A stretch of DNA of 64,000 nt. Source: an uncultured Verrucomicrobiae bacterium. Its GTDB lineage: Bacteria; Verrucomicrobiota; Verrucomicrobiia; Chthoniobacterales; UBA10450. Position 1 is the stretch's first letter; each line of letters begins with the position of its first letter. Made by a program: the position numbers and the translations under genes. Under the pieces are notes generated by a model. The model worked only from the letters and a program-made list of their open reading frames with translations. It did no database searches and was not told the origin of the DNA. The stretch covers positions 416,001-480,000 of the forward strand of contig CAVYXA010000001.1 in the NCBI GenBank assembly GCA_963772365.1, written 5' to 3'. Shown one piece after another: positions 1 to 9,291 of the stretch.

Positions 1-104
1 CAGACATTACGCCGAACTCGACACTAATTTTTGACATCGAATTGCTTGATGCGAAACCTGCGGCCACCGCCAGTCCCAGCGCATCGCCTTCGCCGAACAA
101 ATAG
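1..104 (+). CDS. FKBP-type peptidyl-prolyl isomerase, 3' end (partial, window edge)
   Basis: Frame from base 3 reads DITPNSTLIFDIELLDAK...SPSPNK*, matching the FKBP C-terminal motif (I-P-P-N-S-T-L-x-F-D-V-E-L-L). Not in the ORF track. Confidence 0.8.
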   Translation, partial: DITPNSTLIFDIELLDAKPAATASPSASPSPNK

Positions 105-152
105 GCGGCGTCACAAAAGGCGGGCTCGTGCTCGCCTGCTGTGATTTGGGGA

Positions 153-290
153 AGGTGGATCGGCTTCTCCGAAGACGACGGTGAAGCAGTCGCCGAAGGC
201 GCAAAAATTCCAGCATTTCGCTTTGCCTCGAGAAATTTGGCGGCAGAGCCGCATTGCTTTGCCAACGTGTTCGGAGAACGCGTTCCACCT
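153..290. repeat. REP-doublet / MITE-like inverted repeat element (AGGTGGA...TTCTCCGAA family)
   Basis: Left end aggtggatcggcttctccgaa and right end ttcggagaacgcgttccacct are imperfect inverted repeats. Related copies at 22440-22531 and 49390-49420. Confidence 0.7.
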
Positions 291-301
291 GCCGACTAGC
301 C

Positions 302-661
302 CTAGATAGCCGCCGCCGTCTCCCATTCCACTCGCGTAGCGTCGCCCCAAAGATCTTCCAAGCTGTAAAAAACGCGTTTGTCTCGATGAAAGATATGGAC
401 GACGACCTGGAGATAATCGAGCACGATCCATTGGCTGGCGGGAAATCCGTCAACCGCTACGGGACGCACGTCGTAATCTTCTTTTAAGCGTGCCTCAATT
501 TCCCCTGCAATCGCCTTGAGCTGTGGCTCGGATGCAGCTGAGCAGATCACAAAGAAATCAGTGAAGGTCGAGATCTCTCGGAGGTCTAACACTACGATGT
601 CCTCTGCCTTCTTATTTGAGGCAAGCTCGGCACAGGTTTGGGCTAGGTTCTTGGCGGTTAT
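302..661 (-). CDS. rsfS: Ribosome silencing factor RsfS (Iojap family); probable ATA start
   Basis: KKAEDIVVLDLR...DFFVICS...WIVLDY..VVVHIF...RVFYSLEDLWGDA. The conserved N-terminal helix extends 23 codons upstream of the ORF-track GTG at 592. The nadD-rsfS order is typical. Confidence 0.9.
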   Translation of the reverse strand: MTAKNLAQTCAELASNKKAEDIVVLDLREISTFTDFFVICSAASEPQLKAIAGEIEARLKEDYDVRPVAVDGFPASQWIVLDYLQVVVHIFHRDKRVFYSLEDLWGDATRVEWETAAAI

Positions 662-1221
662 GTCGCTCGCTCCCGGTAAAGATTTTCTCGATTAATTATG
701 CCTTCGACCGATTCCGGAACCAGATACCGGATCGATCGCTCCGAAGCAACTCTCTTTCGAATCTCGGTAGCAGAGATGTCGATCCTGCGCAAAATCGCAG
801 AGTAACGATGGGCCACGTGGCTGCCGGTCCGGTTCAATACAACGAACCGAACGATTTTCTCCAAGTCGTGAAAACGATGCCATTTTGGCAAATCAGGAAT
901 ATTGTCAGCGCCGAGAAGAAAGTAGATTTCAGCATCACCTTCGCGGCGTTGGATGTCTTCCACTGTGTCGATGGTGTAGGAGGGCGGTGGCCGGCGCAAT
1001 TCACAATCGTCAACATCAAATCCCATTTCTCCTTCAATCGCGGTGCGCAACATCAACAGCCGTATTTCCGCACTCGCGATCGGCGCTTTTTTAAACGGCG
1101 AAGTCGCCGCAGGAACGAATATCACCTTGTCGAGTCCGAGCCTCTCACGGGCTTCGCGGGCCAGAATCAAATGCGCTTGATGAACCGGATCGAATGTCCC
1201 GCCGTAAACTCCTATTTTCAA
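658..1221 (-). CDS. nadD: Nicotinate-nucleotide adenylyltransferase
   Basis: GVYGGTFDPVHQAH (HxGH-like), SYTIDT, LLGADN, ISATEIR motifs. Confidence 0.95.
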   Translation of the reverse strand: MKIGVYGGTFDPVHQAHLILAREARERLGLDKVIFVPAATSPFKKAPIASAEIRLLMLRTAIEGEMGFDVDDCELRRPPPSYTIDTVEDIQRREGDAEIYFLLGADNIPDLPKWHRFHDLEKIVRFVVLNRTGSHVAHRYSAILRRIDISATEIRKRVASERSIRYLVPESVEGIINRENLYRERAT

Positions 1222-1336
1222 TGTTCAACGTTCCACGCTCAATTCAGTTTCGGCAAGTCTTGGACGCGGCCGATCACTCAAAGTTGAACCATAATTCTGT
1301 CATGTCCGCCAACGGCGGATTCGGCCTGTGGCGAAT

Positions 1337-1418
1337 TGAGCGAAGCGAAACATCTCTCACTATTCGCTTTCGACTGCCGACAAAATGATCAGAGATCCTT
1401 CGCTTCGCTCAGGATGAC
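1337..1418. repeat. REP-like inverted repeat (GTCAT(C/T)C(T/C)GAGCGAAG family)
   Basis: tgagcgaagcgaaacatctc ... gagatccttcgcttcgctcaggatgac. Related half-copies at about 19113-19141, 55422-55450 and 59538-59566. Confidence 0.75.
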
Positions 1419-1480
1419 AGCTTGGATGATTTGGCGTTGGAGGTTGAACGTTCGATGTTCAGCGTTGATTCTTCCGCGAA

Positions 1481-2578
1481 ATGAAAACCGATTCGCTCGG
1501 GCAACTGATCATGACTGGGGTTCCCGGGATAGAGCTCGACGCCAAGACTGCGAAATTGTTTCGCGAGGTGCAGCCGGGCGCGTTCATTCTTTTTGGCCGC
1601 AACATTTCCACGGCCGGACAGCTGCGGAAATTGATCGATGATTTGCGCGATCTCAGCGAAGTGGAACCGATCATCACCATTGATCAGGAAGGCGGTCGCG
1701 TGTCGCGATTGCGTGCCATCGGCAGCGAGCCGCCGAATGCGCAGCAATTGCGGGATAAAGACGATGTCGATCTAATCCGCAGGCACGGGGAAACTACGGG
1801 TAAATTGCTCCGCCTTTTTGGATTTAATCTCGATCTCTGTCCGGTGCTCGATATTTCGTTCGACGACAATGCGGACAATTCATTGCGCGGCCGTTGCTAC
1901 GGGAAAACCGTCGATCAGGTCGTCCGAAACGCCGGCGCATTTAACAAAGCCATGCGCGAAGAAGGCATCACTAGTTGCGGCAAACATTTTCCAGGTTATT
2001 CCGCCGCTAGTTCTGATGCTCACTACGAACTGCCCAAAATCGAGCGGAGCCGCGAGCAATTGGAAGAATACGAACTAGCCGTCTTTCGAAAACTCAGCGC
2101 GCAAGTGGACAGCATGATGGTTTGCCACGGCTGGTATCCCTGTTTTGAACCGGTACGGGCGCCGGCGAGTTTGTCGCGAAAAATCATTCGTGATTTGCTG
2201 CGGACCGAGATCGGCTTCAAAGGATTGATCATGACCGACGATCTGGACATGGGCGCAATCCTTACCGGCTACAGCCTTGAGGAGACGATTCGCCTCGCGA
2301 TTGAGGCGGGAAACGATATAGCGATGATTTGCCATCGTATTCCCGAAGTCGGGAATGTGCGGCGAATTCTCGGCAATCTGCCCAGCGATCAAATCGATCG
2401 GGCTTTGGAGAGTGTGACGCGTTTTAAGAAAAAGCTCACGCCACCCGACCCATTTTCAGACACCGCTTTCCGCAAGATTGACGACGAGATCTCAGAATTA
2501 CGGGTCGCAACGCTCGGTGAGAAAGCCGCGGCTCAAAGTTTCGACGATGGAAAACGTTCGCCGGTAGAAATGTACTAG
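1481..2578 (+). CDS. nagZ: GH3 beta-N-acetylhexosaminidase
   Basis: IDQEGGRVSR, CGKHFPG...DAH and MTDDLDM motifs; single GH3 N-terminal domain. Confidence 0.85.
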   Translation: MKTDSLGQLIMTGVPGIELDAKTAKLFREVQPGAFILFGRNISTAGQLRKLIDDLRDLSEVEPIITIDQEGGRVSRLRAIGSEPPNAQQLRDKDDVDLIRRHGETTGKLLRLFGFNLDLCPVLDISFDDNADNSLRGRCYGKTVDQVVRNAGAFNKAMREEGITSCGKHFPGYSAASSDAHYELPKIERSREQLEEYELAVFRKLSAQVDSMMVCHGWYPCFEPVRAPASLSRKIIRDLLRTEIGFKGLIMTDDLDMGAILTGYSLEETIRLAIEAGNDIAMICHRIPEVGNVRRILGNLPSDQIDRALESVTRFKKKLTPPDPFSDTAFRKIDDEISELRVATLGEKAAAQSFDDGKRSPVEMY

Positions 2579-2622
2579 CCTTGGACCTGAATGAGGTCGT
2601 TTGAGATAACGGTGAGACCCTC

Positions 2623-2652
2623 TTGACCCCGCCGGCGATTTCACACTATTCT
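2623..2652 (+). promoter_or_regulatory. Putative sigma70 promoter of the OPT gene
   Basis: TTGACC-N18-TATTCT upstream of ATG 2681. Confidence 0.4.
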
Positions 2653-2680
2653 CCGCTCTCGTTGCCTGGGCCTACCTCCA

Positions 2681-4657
2681 ATGCGTGCTGAACTTACCAT
2701 CCGCGGTCTGATCATCGGAATCGCCATCACCGTTGTATTCACCGCGGCGAATGTTTACTTCGGGCTCAAGGCCGGTCTCACTTTTTCGACCTCCATTCCA
2801 GCGGCGGTCATTTCCATGGCGCTCCTGAAGGGATTTCGCGACGCCACGGTGCAGGAGAACAACATTGTGCAGACGGTTGCGTCCGCGGCAGGCACGCTTT
2901 CGGCGATCATCTTTGTTTTGCCCGGACTAATCATGATTGGCTGGTGGACCGGATTTCCGTTCTGGATCTCGTTTGCGATTTGCGCTCTTGGCGGAATTCT
3001 CGGCGTGATGTATTCGATTCCTCTGCGGCGCGCTCTGGTGACTGGTTCGGATTTGCCATATCCCGAAGGCGTCGCCTGCGCCGAAGTCCTTAAGGTAGGC
3101 AGCAGCCGTAATAAGCAGCATGCGGCCGACATTGAGCATGGTCGCGTCGGTCTGCTTGCCGTTGTTTGGGGCTCAATCGTGTCAGCTGTCTTCGCGGTGA
3201 TTGTTGCGACACAGCTTTTTGCTGCCGATGTCGCGCAAACTTTCAGAATCGGACGACGCGGTGCGGTGAGCGGCTACGATTTCTTTTTGTCGTTCGCCCT
3301 GCTCGGAATTGGCCACCTGGTTGGATTGTCGGTCGGGATCGCGATGCTGATCGGTGCAATTGTCGGGTGGGGGTGGGGTGTTCCACATTATTCGGCAATC
3401 GCCAGCGATCTCACAACTACGGCGGGCCAAATCGCGCAGACCACGTGGAGTCACAAAGTCCGTTTTGTCGGTGCGGGGGCAATCGGTGTTTCGGCGATCT
3501 GGACATTGCTCAAGCTCGTTAAACCCGTTGCCCAAGGTTTAGCCGGCGCGATGGCGGCATCGCGTGCCCGAAAGGCCGGCAAAGCCGACACACTCCCAAT
3601 TACCGAGCGCGATATTCCGATCGGCATCGTTTCTGTGGTGACGCTGGTTTGCATGGTGCCAATCGGTTGGTTGCTCGGGTATTTCGGAAATACCAGCGGG
3701 CTCGGAGCGCACATGACGACGCTTGTTATCGGCGGTCTCGCTTATGTGGTTCTCATGAGCTTTTTTGTATCGGCCGTTACCGGTTACATGGCCGGCTTGA
3801 TCGGTTCCTCGAACAGTCCACTTTCGGGGATCGGTATCCTGGTCGTGATCGGCGCGGCGTTATTGCTGGTTCTCGGCGTAAAACCTTACGTCCCACCAGA
3901 GGCGAGCAAGGCATTGATGGCCTTCGCGCTGTTCACGACGGCGGTCATCTTTAATGTCGCTTCGATTGCTAACAACAATCTTCAAGACCTGAAGACGGGA
4001 CAATTGGTGGACGCGACTCCATGGAAACAGCAGGTTGCGCTTATCATTGGAGTAATCGCGGGCGCGCTGGTGATTCCTCCCGTTCTCGACCTGGTCAATC
4101 ATGCCTATGGTTTTGTCGGCGCGCCGGGAGCGGAGTTGCGACCGAATCCGTTGCCGGCGCCACAAGCAGGACTGATCTCGTCGCTGGCGCAGGGAGTTAT
4201 TGCCGCTCAGATCGACTGGACTTTAATTCGAACCGGTGCATTGATCGGCGCCGGTGTGATTCTGTTGGATGAAATTCTTGCCCGCGCTACAACGCATCTG
4301 CGTGTTCCGCCGTTGGCTGTCGGCCTGGGAATTTACCTGCCAACGTCGAGTACGCTGATGATCGTAGTCGGTGCGATTGTCGGTTGGATTTTTGAGCGTC
4401 GCGCGGATCGCACACCAAAGCCGGAAGCGACGAAGCAGCTCGGCGTCTTACTCGCTTCGGGTCTGATCGTCGGCGAAAGCATTATTGGGGTCGTGATTTC
4501 CGCCATCGTGGTTTTCTCGGGCGTCGCCGCGCCGCTCGCGCTGGTCGGCCCTGCTTTTGAAACACCTGCGATTATTATTGGCGGTGCCGCGTTCGCACTA
4601 ATCGCGTTTGTGCTATATCGATGGGTCCTGCAAATGGGCAGAGCAAGATCGACATGA
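2681..4657 (+). CDS. OPT family oligopeptide transporter
   Basis: ELTIRG..., YFGLKAG, ENNIVQT, LPYPEG, NNNLQDLKTG, PAPQA motifs; many TM segments. Confidence 0.93.
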   Translation: MRAELTIRGLIIGIAITVVFTAANVYFGLKAGLTFSTSIPAAVISMALLKGFRDATVQENNIVQTVASAAGTLSAIIFVLPGLIMIGWWTGFPFWISFAICALGGILGVMYSIPLRRALVTGSDLPYPEGVACAEVLKVGSSRNKQHAADIEHGRVGLLAVVWGSIVSAVFAVIVATQLFAADVAQTFRIGRRGAVSGYDFFLSFALLGIGHLVGLSVGIAMLIGAIVGWGWGVPHYSAIASDLTTTAGQIAQTTWSHKVRFVGAGAIGVSAIWTLLKLVKPVAQGLAGAMAASRARKAGKADTLPITERDIPIGIVSVVTLVCMVPIGWLLGYFGNTSGLGAHMTTLVIGGLAYVVLMSFFVSAVTGYMAGLIGSSNSPLSGIGILVVIGAALLLVLGVKPYVPPEASKALMAFALFTTAVIFNVASIANNNLQDLKTGQLVDATPWKQQVALIIGVIAGALVIPPVLDLVNHAYGFVGAPGAELRPNPLPAPQAGLISSLAQGVIAAQIDWTLIRTGALIGAGVILLDEILARATTHLRVPPLAVGLGIYLPTSSTLMIVVGAIVGWIFERRADRTPKPEATKQLGVLLASGLIVGESIIGVVISAIVVFSGVAAPLALVGPAFETPAIIIGGAAFALIAFVLYRWVLQMGRARST

Positions 4658-4679
4658 GACGTCCGAAGCTGCCGGCTTC

Positions 4680-6074
4680 CTAAACGTCGATCGCGTAACG
4701 CTTGAGCTTGTTGTAAAGTGTCGGCCGCTGAATCCCCAATAATTCCGCGGCCTTCTTCTTATTGCCGTGGCATTGAGCGAGAGCCTGGAGAATTGCACTT
4801 CGCTCGACATCATCCAGGGATTGCACGCCGGAGCGCGGCAGCGCCGCGATCTCCGTTTTTTGAAGCGCGGCCGGCAATTGCACTTCCGTCGGCAGCTCTT
4901 TGACACCGATCAGATTCTCTCTCGCCAGCACCACTGCGTATTCCATCGCATTTTGTAATTCGCGAACGTTTCCGGGCCAGGAATAATCGAGAAGTTTTTG
5001 AAAGGCATCCGGAGCGATTGCGGGTTCGGGCTTACCGAGTTGTTGGGCGAATTGTTTCACGAACAGAGCTACCAGTGGGGGAATGTCCTGTTTTCGCTGG
5101 CGCAATGGCGGCACTTCGATCTGAAACGTGTTCAGCCGATAATACAAATCGGAACGGAGACGGTTCTCGACCAGCGCCTGAGTCACGGCCTGATTCGATG
5201 CTGCGATGACGCGAAAGTCCGCTTTCATCGTCCGCGTACTGCCGAGCGAACGATATTCGCGCTCTTGAAGAACACGCAGAAAGCGCGTCTGCAAATCCGA
5301 TGGCATATCGGAAATTTCATCGAGAAACAACGTGCCACCGTTGGCCGCGGCGATCATTCCGGGAAAGTCATTCATCGCTCCCGTGAATGCTCCTTTGACG
5401 TAACCAAAGAGTTCTCCTTCGATCATCGTCGATGGAAATGCAGCGCAATTGAGTTTCACCATGGGCGCGCCCGCTCGGCGGCTGCGGCTATGGATGACAT
5501 TGGCGACTACTTCCTTGCCGACACCGCTTTCACCGGTGATCAGCACGTTCGCATCCGACGGGGCCATCGCGGTAATCAGCCCATCGATCTCTTGCATCGC
5601 TTTGCTTTTAAAAACCGGCGCGGGTTGCACCTCGACCATTTCCAGCCTCTTCTCCAACTGCTGCGCACGTTCTCGAAGTTCTTCTGTCTCTCGAACCAGC
5701 GATCGTTTTTCCAGCGCCTTCTCAATCAGACTTAATAGCTCTTCGGGCGCGTACGGTTTGCTGATGAAATGGTAAGCCCCGCGCTTGATCGACTCGATGG
5801 CATTGTTCAACGTGTCGTGCGCGGTCAAAATAATGACCTGCGTTTCCGGCGCGCTCGCCTTGATTTCTTCGAGCGTCTGCAACCCTTCGGCATCCGGCAA
5901 ATGGAGATCGAGCAAGACGACTGGCGGAGATTTGGTCTTTACCGCCTTTAATCCCTGCGCGGCCGTCGGGGCGCATTCCACTTCGTAGCCATGGCGTTCG
6001 AGCAGCGCTGTCAAAGTTAAGAGGATCGGCTTCTCGTCATCAACGATCAGGATACGACGATGTTCAGTTGTCAT
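4680..6074 (-). CDS. Sigma54-dependent response regulator (NtrC family: receiver, AAA+, Fis HTH)
   Basis: ILIVDD receiver, [25 protein letters not shown]-terminal HTH. Start placed at MTTEHRR. Confidence 0.95.
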   Translation of the reverse strand: MTTEHRRILIVDDEKPILLTLTALLERHGYEVECAPTAAQGLKAVKTKSPPVVLLDLHLPDAEGLQTLEEIKASAPETQVIILTAHDTLNNAIESIKRGAYHFISKPYAPEELLSLIEKALEKRSLVRETEELRERAQQLEKRLEMVEVQPAPVFKSKAMQEIDGLITAMAPSDANVLITGESGVGKEVVANVIHSRSRRAGAPMVKLNCAAFPSTMIEGELFGYVKGAFTGAMNDFPGMIAAANGGTLFLDEISDMPSDLQTRFLRVLQEREYRSLGSTRTMKADFRVIAASNQAVTQALVENRLRSDLYYRLNTFQIEVPPLRQRKQDIPPLVALFVKQFAQQLGKPEPAIAPDAFQKLLDYSWPGNVRELQNAMEYAVVLARENLIGVKELPTEVQLPAALQKTEIAALPRSGVQSLDDVERSAILQALAQCHGNKKKAAELLGIQRPTLYNKLKRYAIDV

Positions 6075-6163
6075 GTCGGGTGAAAACCACGAGGGGGAAG
6101 AACACGCGCAGTCGTGTTCGCGATTCTTCGACGTTGATAGCCACGCAGGCATTCAACGCTGCG

Positions 6164-6862
6164 TTAAGATTTTCCTGATAACGGCAACCTAATCGTGGTG
6201 ACGAGTTTACAACCTTTCGAGTCGTATTGTGCCTCAAAATTCCCATTATGAGCCTCCACAATACTGCGGGCGAGATTTAGTCCAAGGCCATAATGCCCAC
6301 GGCCGACCTTCCCAAAGGGTTGCCGCCCCCAATTCTCTGTAGGCAGATCAAAACGGGCTTTCGGTTCTCCCAGCTTGAAAACGAAATCACCACTGTCGAT
6401 CCTCGCGCTGGCAGAAATTCTGCCCGGGGCGCGCTCATGCTGGAAAGCATTTCGAAAGAGTTCGATAAACATCTGCTCGAGCAATTGAGGATCGACATTG
6501 AAAGCTGCTTCATTGAGTCGCACATCCCAATCAATGGCCGAGCTCTCCTCCGCAAACTCCTTTGCGATCTTTTTCTGCAGATCCTCCATGAATTCGGACA
6601 CGGCATACTTCATCAACCCGGGGTTCGGCTCGTCAAGTTCCGCGCTCAACTTCTGCAAGACTCGCCCAAGCTCTGAAATCATATCGCGCAGCCTCTTGAT
6701 CTCAGTTTTCAATTCCGCATCGCGCGTCAGCTCACTAAGGTAAGCGGACTGTAGCTCGGCGGCATTAAGTTGGTTTCGAAGATCATGGCTTAATTGCCGG
6801 ACAAATTGGACGATGTTTATCCATGGCACATCCCTCGGGTTTTTGGACGGACTTGTTTCCAT
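6164..6862 (-). CDS. Minimal histidine kinase (HisKA + HATPase, no sensor or TM domain)
   Basis: SHDLRNQL H-box, ELFRNAFQH N-box, GLGLNLARSIVEAHNG; upstream of the NtrC-like gene. Confidence 0.75.
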   Translation of the reverse strand: METSPSKNPRDVPWINIVQFVRQLSHDLRNQLNAAELQSAYLSELTRDAELKTEIKRLRDMISELGRVLQKLSAELDEPNPGLMKYAVSEFMEDLQKKIAKEFAEESSAIDWDVRLNEAAFNVDPQLLEQMFIELFRNAFQHERAPGRISASARIDSGDFVFKLGEPKARFDLPTENWGRQPFGKVGRGHYGLGLNLARSIVEAHNGNFEAQYDSKGCKLVTTIRLPLSGKS

Positions 6863-6875
6863 GTTCAGCTCGCCC

Positions 6876-8451
6876 CTACTTCTTCAGGGAGAATTTGTCG
6901 TCAGCCGATTGATCGCCGCTCGCGACGCGAATGTTGCGATCGTTGTCGGCCAGGTGATGGAGAACATGAAACACATCTTCGGGATCGGCATCAATCGATC
7001 GCGCGATTTCTTCCGCGGTTTTCGGTACCGGTGCTCAGCTTTTCGCGCACTTGGCTCTGCAGCTTTAACAATCTAGTCGCAGCTTTCTTTCCAGCTTCAA
7101 CACCCGGCTGATGGTACGCATTGATGTTGATCAGTGAACCATAGAATCCAACTGCGCGTTCGTACAAGGCGATCAACGCCCCGACATTGAAGGCATTCAC
7201 TTCTGGAATTGCTACCGTGATCGATTCGCGTCCGCTTTCGGAAAGCGCGGTCCGTGTCCCGCGCAAAAAACCATGCAGATAATCGCCGCTCGTCACTTCC
7301 GGTTCTACTTCGATAGTCGGCCCGTTACGATCTTTTCCGACCTCGATAAATGTGACGAAAAAATTCAGAACACCATCGCGCAACTGTTGCACATAAGCGT
7401 GCTGATCGGTTGAGCCTTTATTTCCATAAACCGCGATCCCTTGGTGGACGATGTTTCCATCCAGGTCCTTTTCTTTGCCCAATGATTCCATCACCAGTTG
7501 TTGCAAATATTTGCTGAACAATCTGAGTCGATCTTTGTAGGGGAGAATCACCATGTCCTTTTCGCCCCGACCGTTCCCGGCGTAAAACCACATCAATGCC
7601 AGAAGCATCGCCGCGTTTTGCTCAACGTCATTCTTTCGCGTGTGCTCATCCATCGCCGCCGCGCCGGCCAGAAAATTGTCGATGTTAAATCCTTGGAGCG
7701 CCATAGGGACAAGGCCAACCGCGCTCATTACGGAGGTCCGTCCGCCAACCCAGTCCCACATCGGAAAGCGCGCCAACCAGCCGTTCTTCTCCGCGTATTT
7801 GTCGAGGTCGCTCCCAGCACCGGTCACGGCCACGGCATGCTTTGCGAAATTGAGGCCGTGCGCTTTGAACCTTGCTTCGGCCTCAAGCATTCCGTTGCGG
7901 GTCTCCTTGGTCCCGCCTGACTTCGAAATCACAACCACCAGTGTTTGAGAGAGAGCTTTGTCGATCCTGTTGAATACTCGATCGAACCCATCCGGATCGG
8001 TGTTATCGAAGAATTGGATCGACATGGGATCGCTCGCCGCGGCGAGCGAATCCGAAACGAATTGCGGCCCAAGCGCCGAGCCGCCGATACCAATCAGCAA
8101 AATGTGCTGAAACCGTTTTCCGTCTTCGCCTCCAATTTTTCCGCTGTGAATATCGGCCGCGAACGTCTTGATTCGTGAGTTGGTCTGTTCAATGTCGGCA
8201 CGCAACTCCTTTGTTGGCGCAAGTGCCGGCTGGCGCAGCCAATAATGACCCACCATTCGTTGCTCATCCGGATTGGCAATTGCGCCAGACTCGAGCTCGC
8301 GCATCGCCGTAAATGCTTTGTCGATCTGCGGCCGCATTTTCTCAAAGAAATCATCCGGAAATTTCATCCGGCTGATGTCGATCGAGAACCCGAGATCGTC
8401 GTAGCGCAGGAAATATCGCTGAAACCGCTGCCAGAGAGAAGACAACGCCAT
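6876..8451 (-). CDS. pgi: Glucose-6-phosphate isomerase (frameshift near 7020, probably an assembly error)
   Basis: [43 protein letters not shown]. After the A-run at about 7020 another frame gives [28 protein letters not shown]...FSLKK*, ending at 6876. Confidence 0.93.
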
Positions 8452-8516
8452 AGGCTAATAATGGAAGACCATTTTCCGCCTCGTCCAACGCAAAGAAGCG
8501 GTAGCCAAAGATCGAC

Positions 8517-9270
8517 CTACGGGAGCCCAGTGCCAATCTTGGATTTCGCGAGAGCCAGATCAGTCGCATCGATACTGCCGCTCGCATTTAGATCTAAGCG
8601 GAAGGTCGTCGCATCAACTGATTCACCAATCTGCGACTTCACTTGTGCGGCGTCGGACGCATTTACAACGTGGTTCGCATTTGCGTCACCGATAAGAACG
8701 TGCATGACGGCGGAAAAATCCCCTAGATTGCCCGTCGTGTCCTCCACAATATGGAGACTTACTCTAACGTCCCGCGCGTTCGGAATTCCGGTAAGGTTTA
8801 CCGTGTATTCATTGGGATTTGGTCCAATCGAGTGGCTCGTAATGCTGCCGTAGGTCGTGTCAACGGAGGCGATATTTATCAGCGGATTTTGAAAGGTGAA
8901 GATGAGCTGGTAATCGCCATTCATCCCACTACTCCGGCATTCCGTGTCAGTAAGGATAATGCTAGATTCGAAACTCTGGCAGAACAATATGTTACCGTCC
9001 CAATGCTCGATCAATGTCGAGGTGGAGGTAGAAATCCCCACTGCCCAGTAATCAGAAGCCGAAACACAGCTTATCGAAAAAAGCTTATCGTGGCCGGCGA
9101 TTGAGTTCGGCGAGCTCACAATAGACCAGGCCGTGCCATTCCAGTGTTCTATCAGCGTCAGCTGCCGGCCCAACGCAACATCATAGTACCTCGCCTACAG
9201 CCCAACAATCGGCGGCGGAGTTGCATGTTACACGATACAGGATGCCGTCATAAACATGCGGTGAATCGGA
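8517..9270 (-). pseudogene. 5'-truncated surface protein with C-x-S-x-x-D-C/Y-W-A-V-G / TLIEHW(N/D)G repeats and a C-terminal dockerin-like domain
   Basis: ORF 8517-9173 plus a frameshifted upstream repeat (LYRVTCNSAADCWAVG). No signal peptide; abuts the peptidase stop. C-terminus GDANANHVVNASD...DLNASGSIDATD. Confidence 0.65.
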
Positions 9271-9291
9271 TTTTGAATCTCAGCAGGATGG

